The notes under the pieces: model-generated
Told to the model about the DNA's origin: nothing
The model's input: the letters and a program-made list of their open reading frames with translations, nothing else
Database searches by the model: none
Program-made: the position numbers and the translations under genes
Part shown: piece after piece, positions 55,206 through 64,000 of the stretch
Numbering within the stretch: position 1 is the first letter of the stretch
Layout of the letters: the number at the start of each line of letters is the position of its first letter
Assembly (NCBI GenBank): GCA_051362555.1
Contig: CM120641.1
Coordinates: 27,162,401-27,226,400 of the forward strand
Reading direction: 5' to 3'
Length of the DNA: 64,000 nt
DNA from: Lingula anatina
Lineage: Eukaryota > Animalia > Brachiopoda

Positions 55206-56629
55206 ATGATACCGTTCAGTGCATGTGTGTTGTTCTGTGTAATCCTCCATGCTGACACCTCCTTTGCTCAGAGAAGAGTCACTGTACAGCAAGGAGATAT
55301 CAATGGGAAAATATCAATTCTTGGATCGGACGTGATCTCCTATCTTGGGATACCCTACGCTGAACCTCCTTTGGGTGATCTACGATTCAAGAGACCAGTA
55401 CCTAAGGCTGCTTGGAGTTCTCCACTGAATGCCACTGAGTATGGACCGATATGCCTGCAAATGAATGCCCGATTTCCCAGTTCCGAGGATTGTCTCACAC
55501 TTAATGTTCATGTACCGCAGAATAATAACACCGCCCCTAAAGCAGTCATGGTTTGGGTTCCTGGCGGAGGGTTTGTCTCGGGCAGCGCCAGAGCAATGGA
55601 TCCTGTAGGTCTAGCCATGGCAGACGTCATCACAGTTAGTATCAACTACCGTTTGGGCATGTTTGGCTTTCTTACTATTGCGGACGATGTAAAAGGTAAT
55701 TTCGGACTTTGGGACCAACACCTCGCTTTCAGATGGATAAAAGACAACATTGCTGCCTTTGGAGGGGACCCCAATAGAATCACGATATTCGGAGGATCTG
55801 CAGGCAGTATGAGCGTGTCGTTCCACGCTATGTCTCCAATGAGTAACGGACTGTTCCATCGTGTCATAAGCCAAAGTGGGATTGGCACTCAATATTCTGT
55901 CCTTCGACCTAATCCCACAATTGTCACTTCTGTGAGCAAAACTTCAAATTGTAACACCACCGATTCGGCGGCTTTGCTATCTTGTCTTAAAGGTAAAAGT
56001 GCACAAGATCTTCTTGCTGCCTCTAATACCCTTGGACAGTTGCTTATTTGGAGGCCGTATGTGGATAACGAATTTATAACTGGAAACGTTGAAAGCTCAT
56101 CAAATCTTCTACCAGAACAATATGGAAACCTTGATTATTTGATGGGAAGTAATAGTCGTGATGGTACTGTCGGAATCTTTGTGCCTTCCGAAGCCGAAAA
56201 TGGTTATACAGAGTCAACTTTCCGCAAACATGTCGACCGTATGTTAACTGGGAGATTGGACAAAGATATCATTGAAACGGCGTTGATACAAGAGTACACT
56301 GCAGATGTCTTTAATCCAGATAACAGAACGCGCGTACAGCAAAAAATAGAAATCTCTACAGACCTCTTTTTCACAGTCCCTACCGAGTTGAACGCCATCA
56401 AACATGACAGAACCAATGGTACTGGTTCCACGTTCGTATATTTTCTCTCCATAAACACGTGCAACAAAATTCTGCCCACGGTGTCTTGGCTGGATGGAGC
56501 TGGACATGTCGACGAACTAATCTACATCAATGGTCTGGTCAGTGTTTTGTGCAACGGTAGCGCCACACCTGCTGACCTAGCCCTACAGACTGCCATGATT
56601 ACCTATTGGACCAACTTTGCTAAATCTGG
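55206..56629 (+). CDS. Carboxylesterase variable exon V3 (atypical PGGG / GGSAG motifs)
   Basis: ATG (MIPFSACVLFC...) plus signal peptide, open frame, Ser/Asp/His retained. Phase-2 donor GG|GTAAGT. Confidence 0.92.
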
Positions 56630-56668
56630 GTAAGTGATAAATACTTGTTCTAAATACATGGCATACGA

Positions 56669-56826
56669 CAGGGGCGGATTTTGGCCGTGTTCTGGGAGAC
56701 GACCAGATTTTCAAGTTTACATTGACGGGTATGTAATTTTTTCTGACGAAATACGGTCAAAATGGTGGATGGATCAACAAAATTAATTTGGAAGACTGTC
56801 AGAAAATATCTCTGGATCCAGCCCTG
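56669..56826. mobile_element. Same MITE family inserted 40 bp downstream of the V3 donor
   Basis: Highly similar to 54783-54950, with flanks TACGA/TACTA. The empty site is at ~53070 after V2. Confidence 0.8.
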
Positions 56827-57469
56827 TACTAATAATTAAACACTATAGGTTTGTAATCTGCTTCTATTAAGACGTGCTTATAGGTTGAGTTGATTGTCAT
56901 GCAAATGCAGACTGCATGAATAAGGCGGCGACCTACCGGTATTGGTAATATGTGCTTCATTAAATGGAACGCATTTTATTATTATTATTGTTATTATTAT
57001 TATTATCAATAATGATGTTCTGATATCTCTTACTGTCAACGAGTTCGCTTCATGAAGCTTACTAGGTGAGAGTTCATTGTTAGGTCGGGTCGAGATTGGA
57101 TTATCCGCTTGGGTGACTCTCTCTCACCTACTGGGTAATATAAGGTGAATCTCTCACCTATTAGTTAATATGGCCTATATGGAAAGTTGTCAGTCTCTCA
57201 AGGTGCAGCGGTTCAAACTGCATCGCCGTGAAAAAGGCCCCAGTTTCACCAAATCTCTGTTTTTCATTTTTGTCAAAATAAAAGGCATGCTAGGCAGTAT
57301 ATAGATTAATGGGAACTTTCAATTAATATTTAGTATACATGTAGAACATGTTTTATTTCATTATTGTTGGTTATAAATAAAAAGCGCAATGGCAGACTTG
57401 ACAAAAAGGTAAACTTCACGACTGTTTTCACGCATTAAACTTCATGCTGAATCAAAACTAAATATCATT

Positions 57470-57771
57470 GGCCGCATTCACATCGAGTTGAGCCATGGCT
57501 CCACAAAGCCACGACCTAATTATGGCGGAAGTACATGAAAGGAAAACCGCCTAATCTTTCAATAGTCTCTCCGCCTCTCACCCGCCTCCCCATGTGTTGT
57601 CCCAATGGAGCCGAGATTTACTGGCTGTACCCCCGCAGGGACGACGCATGGGGAGGCGAGCGAGAGGCGGATAGACTATTAAAAGATTAGGCGGTTTTCC
57701 TTTCATGTACGTCCGCCATATTTAGGTCGTGGCTTTGTAGAGCCATGGTTCAACTCGATGTGAATGCGGCC
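57470..57771. mobile_element. Fold-back (palindromic) MITE, PIF/Harbinger-like
   Basis: 134-bp inverted arms (57470-57603 / 57638-57771) around a 34-bp loop. Termini GGCCGCATTCACA, ATT 3-bp target duplication, empty site at ~53880. Confidence 0.85.
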
Positions 57772-58882
57772 ATTCTCTTTAAAAACCAAACATCAAATCG
57801 AATAAATAATCCCTTTCCGTACATACAGTAGGTATTCGACTGCCATGCTGTCCGTCTGCAGATATAGTATTTAAATAGGGGAGACCGGGGCTAGTTGGAC
57901 CCCGGGGTAAGTTGCCCCCCCCCCCCCCACCCCCGTCAATTTATGACAAAGTAACTATAGGGTAAAAGAATTGATCACATCATTTTGTAAAGTGACCGTA
58001 TCCAGTAGTGCTAAGAAAGCGTCGGCAGTGAGTCCAAATGAAATAATTTAGCATCTTAAAGTAACTTTATTAAAGAGACTTGACAGGGGACCAACTAACC
58101 CCGGGATACAACTAGCCCCGGTCTCCCTTACCGCAGTTTAAGGAGGTGGAAACATGTGTGCACAATTTAATCCGATTTTAAATTCCGTCGAATTGGCCAA
58201 CGCGTCTAGTTGAATAAGGTGTGTTTACCCACAACCGTTTGTATACACCCTGTGTACACTGCCACATATTCATCAAACATACGGTGTGATCATTTGTGCT
58301 GGTCCATTCTTTGCTGTGGTTATTAATATGGTCAGTTGGAGAGGGACACGTTTATTTAAAACTTTCCGACCAAAACTCCACAGAATAACCTTTTTAACCA
58401 CAATCAGTTATATCTACGTACACCATACACAACTTATTTTAACGAAACATTCAAATATACATTTATAACTGTTCTTTGATGAAACAGTGTGTTAACTGTA
58501 GTCAACTTACCCGGTGGTTTATATTGAAGTTGACAAAGCACTTTCAACTACTTTTAACACAAAGTTCCTGACTGAAAAAAAAATAAAACTTTCAACTGAA
58601 CCACCAGTTGGACCATAGTTTGTGCGGTTCTTACATGGTATGTCCCTTAGGTAAACTATCCACAAAACTAATGATATCGGATCCCCAAGGTCAAGTACAA
58701 TACCAGTTTTTTTGCTTTATTTATTGACGTGAATCAAACAATGGCCAGCTTTACCCGCGAAGAAGCTGGATTGTGCAATACTGACTTGTCATTCACTACG
58801 GTTCTCTCGTACCTTCATGTAAACAGAGAGGTGTGTTGACACTGCACTCTACCAGGCGCGACGTGTTTTCTTTTTATTTGGA

Positions 58883-58888
58883 TATAAA
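58883..58888 (+). promoter_or_regulatory. Candidate TATA box upstream of V4
   Basis: TATAAA ~50 nt upstream of the V4 ATG with no good AG acceptor in between. The homologous V3 site reads GATAAA. Confidence 0.3.
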
Positions 58889-58933
58889 GAACAGCAGTGG
58901 CGTGCAGTCGCACAACCCTGACTTTTGTACAAA

Positions 58934-60357
58934 ATGATACCGTTCAGTGCATGTGTGTTGTTCTGTGTAATCCTCCATGCTGACACCTCCTTTGCTCAGA
59001 GAAGAGTCACTGTACAGCAAGGAGATATCAATGGGAAAACATCAATTCTTGGATTGGACGTGATCTCCTATCTTGGGATACCCTACGCTGAACCTCCTCT
59101 GGGTGATCTACGATTCAAGAGACCAGTACCTAAAGCTGCTTGGAGTTCCCCACTGAATGCCACTGAGTATGGACCGATATGCCTGCAAATGAATGCCCGA
59201 TTTCCCAGTTCCGAAGATTGTCTGACACTTAATGTTCATGTACCGCAGAATAATAACACCGCCCCTAAAGCAGTCATGGTTTGGGTTCATGGCGGAGGGT
59301 TTGTCTTGGGAAGTGGCAGAGAAGTGGACCCTATAGGTCTAGCCCTGGCAGACGTCATCACAGTCAGTATCAACTACCGTTTGGGCATGTTTGGCTTTCT
59401 TACTATTGGGGACGATGTAAAAGGCAATTTTGGACTTTGGGACCAACACCTCGCTTTCAGATGGATAAAAGAAAACATTGATGCCTTCGGAGGGGACCCC
59501 AACAGAATCACGATATTCGGAGAATCTGCAGGCGGTATGAGCGTGTCTTTCCATGCTATGTCTCCAATGAGTAACGGACTGTTCCATCGTGTTATAAGCC
59601 AAAGCGGGGTCGGTAGTCAACAATTAACGTTACAAAAAAGTACGAAAAACGTCGTCTCATTGAGTGAAAATTCAAAATGTAATACAACCGATTCAGTGTC
59701 TTTGTTAGTTTGTCTTAAAGGTAAGAGTGGACAAGATCTTCTTGCTATCTCTAATATGCTTATAGAGTTGTTTATGTGGGTTCCGAATATGGACAACGAG
59801 CTTATTACTGGCAACGTGGAAAGTTCGGCAAATCTTTTACCAGATCAATATGGGAATCTTGACTATTTGATGGGAAGCAATAGTCTTGACGGGAACGCAC
59901 TGATCAGGGTACCGGCCGAGGCCGAGAATGGTTTTACAGAACAAGCTTTCCGTCAACGTGTCGACCAAATGTTAACTGGGAGATTGGACAAAGATATCGT
60001 TCAAACGGCGTTGATACAAGAGTACACTGCAGATGTCTTTTATCCAGATAACAAAACACGTGTAAAACAGTTCGTAGAAATGGGAGGTGATCTAACATTA
60101 ACAATTCCTACCCATATGAACGCCCTCAAACATGACGAAACCAATGGTACTGGATCCACGTTCGTATATTTTCTCTCCATAAACACTTGTCACAAACTAC
60201 TGCCCACGGTGTCTTGGCTGGATGGAGCTGGACATGCCGACGACCTAATCTACGTTAATGGTCTAGTTAGTGTTTTGTGCAACGGTAGCGCCACACCTGC
60301 TGATTTTGCCCTACAGAATGCTATGATAACTTATTGGACCAACTTTGCTAAATCTGG
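58934..60357 (+). CDS. Carboxylesterase variable exon V4
   Basis: ATG (MIPFSACVLFC...) plus signal peptide, HGGG, GESAG, GSNSLDG and GAGHADDL. Phase-2 donor GG|GTAAGT. Confidence 0.93.
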
Positions 60358-60647
60358 GTAAGTTACTCGGATAAGAATATAAGATTATTACTAGGGTACT
60401 AAAACAGCTGGCAAGGGACACCTTGTATGGCAAAAGTAACAAGGATATGTTAAAAGGTAAATTTCCTGCCTCCATTGATAGCTAATTACGTTTTTAAAAT
60501 GAATAAAAAAAATTCGAAACAATTGCAGTCAATCGTATAAAAACTACGGCGGGTTATCGCATTAATGCATTTTTTATACTAATCTATGGTTCGTTTACTC
60601 CGGTGATCTGTACGTCGTGATCACATTTTACTATCTGATATTTTCTG

Positions 60648-62769
60648 CAGGCTTGAAAGAATTCTTAATTTTGTCTCGTTTTGCTCGCTATGTTCTCATT
60701 TGGTGGCTGTGGCGGTGTGTGAGGGGGAGGGGGGTTGTGAGTCAGTAGCTACGAGCTAAGAGGAACGTGGCTGCTGTTAACTTTCCAATTTCCCCAGCTG
60801 ATCACTGTTCTTCTTTGAAATGGTGGACTAGTTACAAGACATATTGTATATTACATATTGTAGGAAGAATGTTGCGATATTTTATATCTTCTTACCAGTA
60901 TAACTCGCATGAGAGTTAGGAACAACTACTGGCATTAATGCATGATGAATCTGTTGTGACAGTACAAGATGATAACTATACATTTATAACACTGGCTGGG
61001 AACATAATAATATATGCTGATACAAATACGCGTGAAAATGACGAAAAATACTTTACATAACTTCTTTCACCATTATATTCCCGAATCAGAATGTGTCATA
61101 CAAATAAGCAGGGGACTTTGCATTATAACTGTTGAAAACTAATCAATTTTCTATTTTGCATACCGTGCGATAACATACCTTTAGCATCTACATTTGTTAT
61201 GATTTTGCAAATACTTTTACATTTGTTTATATAAATAAAGCACCCGCACTTTCTGTACAGATTTACATTTGCAGCACTTTTTTTGTTAAAATAACACTAT
61301 GTCATTCTTATAATTAGCTTCTGCTCTAAAAATGTAAGGTATAAAACAATAGACGCATTAACATATCCCCGTCCTAGGCTAAATATCATGATCTGTCATT
61401 TTTCTTAGCAACCAAATGTTGTTGTGTCTTATAATGATCTTATTTTATCAAACTTTATTTTATTTTATTTTATGAAATAGTTCCGATTAAGAAGTCAAAA
61501 ACAAACTACGGGTAAAAGAAGGTACCAGTACAATGAAGTAAATTAGCGCTTCTTCATTGTAAGGAGTTTATACCACCAAATATGTATGTGTAAACAGACC
61601 ACGCCCGACCCTTGTCACCTTCTGACCCCTGAATAATTATTAGCAGTCATTTTATAACGTTCAAAATCTTCGTGTGGGCTTACAGTGCCGAGTTCCCATT
61701 AATGACCCACACAGGTAACCTCCGTCCTAGATTTTCACCCTCTTTCGTCTTGCTACCTGTAACCCTAAACTATGTGAATGTTATGGTTGGCATAGTCTCT
61801 GTAACATTAGCCCTTGCTTTCTTATCACCGAGTATGATTTTTAAAAATAGATTGTACAGCAAGAAGGTTGGCAATGACGTGAACTTTTTATTGGAAGAAG
61901 GCCCGCCTCGTGCATACTATATAACAAAGGGCTGTTAACAATAGACTGTAAAAAGATCCACACAATGTGAGACAGGTGCGGTGAGACAACTGCACGTCTC
62001 CACGTGAGGCAAGTAAAATATATAGGACACAGGCTTGAAAGAATTCTTATTTCTTAATTTTGCCTCGTATTGCTCGTTATGTTCTCATTTGGTGGCTGTG
62101 GCGGTGAGGGGGGGGGGGGGGGGTAAGTGAGTCAGTAGCTACGAGAGAGGAACGTGCCTGCTGTAACTTTCCGATTTCCCCAGGTGATCACTATTCTTCT
62201 TTAAAATGGAGGACTAATTACAAGACATATTATATATTAAAAATTTTAGGAAAAAATGTTGCGATATTTAGATAATATCCAACAAAAACCTTTTATTTCT
62301 ACTTACCAGTATAACTTGCATGGGGAGTTAGGAACAACTACTGGCATTAATGCACTGACGAATCTGTTGTGATAGCACAAGAACTTGATTATAACTATAC
62401 ATTAATAATACTGGCTGGGAACATAATAATATATGCTGATACAAATACGCGTGAAAATGTTGATTGTATTTACGGTTAAAGTCCACCATTATATTCCCAA
62501 ACCAGAATGGATTTTTACAAATAAGCAAGGGATTTTGCCTTATAACTGTTGAAAAACTAATCCAATTTTCTATTATGCATACCGTGCAGTAATTGATAAC
62601 ATACCTTCAGCATCTACATGTACTTAATTTTTTATGATTTTGCAAATAGATGTTCTCTTTTACATTTGTGTATATAAATAAAGCACCGGCACTTTGTGTA
62701 CTGATTTAAATTTGCAGCACTTTTTCGTCATAATAATACTATGTTATTCTTTTCATTAGCTACTGCTCT
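60648..62769. repeat. Dispersed direct repeat of ~0.7 kb in the intron between V4 and the constant exon
   Basis: 60648-61327 aligns with 62030-62769 (CAGGCTTGAAAGAATTCTTA...TTAGCT(T/A)CTGCTCT) with indels. Confidence 0.85.
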
Positions 62770-63016
62770 CACTGTTCTTCTAAAATATATCTTAGCGTTT
62801 CGTCGGTGACAACCTCATATAACAAGAAGACTAAAATTGGCTGTATAAATATTCTGCTGTTGTAAAGTGTGACAAAATATTATATTCCTAAGGATGTTGT
62901 GGTGCATTTTCGTGTCTGATAAGATCTCTGTATGTACATTACCTTATATTTATGTTATATATGTTTATTTGACACTCTGAAAAAGTTACCCAGTTAATTT
63001 ATTTGACTTTTTCCAG

Positions 63017-64000
63017 GAACCCAAACCTGCCTGCCCCTGTTCTAACACAGTGGCCCAAGTACGACCATGTTCAGCGCGAATACCTCGACCTCAATGAGAA
63101 CATCACTGCCAAATCCAATCTCAAAGCACGTCGAGTTGCCTTCATGACCGACGTGCTTCAAAAGCTGGTGGAACTTCCATCGGAGGGAGTTTGTACAGAA
63201 ACGGGCGATGCCATGGATGACTTGGTTGTGAATACTTTTTACGGCAAAATCAGAGGGAAGCGTGAGGTCGTAAAAGAATGGTACTGGGAAATGTTTCTTG
63301 GCGTTCCCTATGCAGCTCCCCCCATAGGAGAACACCGATTTCTCCCACCAATACCTCCAAAAATGTGGAGCGGCATCCGAAATGCAACGGAATTAGGATA
63401 TTCCTGTCATGGAGGAGCGGTTTTTCCCTCACCCTCTCCTTTAACGTTCCACGAAGATTGTCTCACACTTAATATATATGTGCCTGCAGGAGTGCGAATG
63501 TGGAAAGACGAAAAACTTGCTGTAATGTTATTTATACACGGAGGTGCCTATGTGGTTGGATCAAGTTCAGAGTACGACGGAAGAGCACTTAGCTGGTACG
63601 GACGCGTCATTGTTGTCACCATAAATTATCGCCTCGGAATCTTCGGTTTCGCAAGCACTGGGGACCAGAATGCTCCCGGAAACGTTGGTCTGATGGATCA
63701 GAGTCTTGCAATGCGGTGGGTAAAACAAAACATAGCCTCCTTTGGTGGTGACCCCGAAAGAATAACTATATTTGGAGAATCGGCAGGTGCTGGAAGTGTC
63801 ATATACCAAATGCTTTCACCTATGAGTAAAGGGTTGTTCAAGCGAGCCATAGCAGAAAGCACATGGCTGGGAGCTTGGGACTTACATTTCATCGACCCAG
63901 CAAAAAAGAATAACATAGATTTGATACGCGAGTATGGCATTCATTTCAACTGCAGTTCTTCACCAGTAGACATGATAAGGTGCCTTCGTGATATCAATGC
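63017..64000 (+). CDS. Downstream (putative constant) exon: end of esterase domain 1 plus a second carboxylesterase domain, running off the window
   Basis: Acceptor TTTTTCCAG|G completes the GG|G Gly codon. Reads NPNLPAPVLTQWPKYDHVQREYLDL...KARRVAF, then a linker, then VVNTFYGKIRG...FLGVPYAAPP...EDCLTLNIYVP...FIHGGAY...INYRLGIFGF...FGGDPERITIFGESAGAGSV. No stop before 64000. Missed by the ORF track. Confidence 0.92.

Noticed and set aside
48832-59814. Recurrent antisense ORFs over the esterase exons
   Set aside because: They are shadows of the conserved sense coding sequence, with no independent protein features.
48658-60361. Four complete single-exon esterase genes ending ...FAKSG-stop, as the ORF track suggests
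   Set aside because: Each TAA is part of a consensus GTAAGT donor at a position where the fold is incomplete, and a phase-compatible continuation exists at 63017.

Overview
AT-rich, intron-containing animal DNA, probably a marine invertebrate (inferred from repeat and gene types; species not identifiable). From left to right it holds: an intron-retaining RPS27 pseudogene; a ~1 kb tandem duplication; a G-rich minisatellite; a + strand gene for a secreted, probably GPI-anchored somatomedin-B-like cysteine-rich protein whose long last intron is bracketed by a 167-bp inverted repeat; decayed Tc1, LINE and ISL2EU-like elements and many MITEs; and a complete 5-exon claudin/PMP22-family gene on the - strand. 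The main finding is at 48.6-64 kb. Four ~1.43-kb type-B carboxylesterase exons (V1-V4) each have their own ATG, signal peptide and catalytic triad, and all end in the same phase-2 donor (NFAKSG, GG|GTAAGT). Only one compatible downstream exon is visible (63017 onward). It completes the first esterase fold and continues in frame into a second esterase domain. This resembles a UGT1/clustered-protocadherin-style variable-first-exon / shared-constant-exon locus encoding tandem-domain esterases. All splicing is inferred from sequence, with no transcript evidence.
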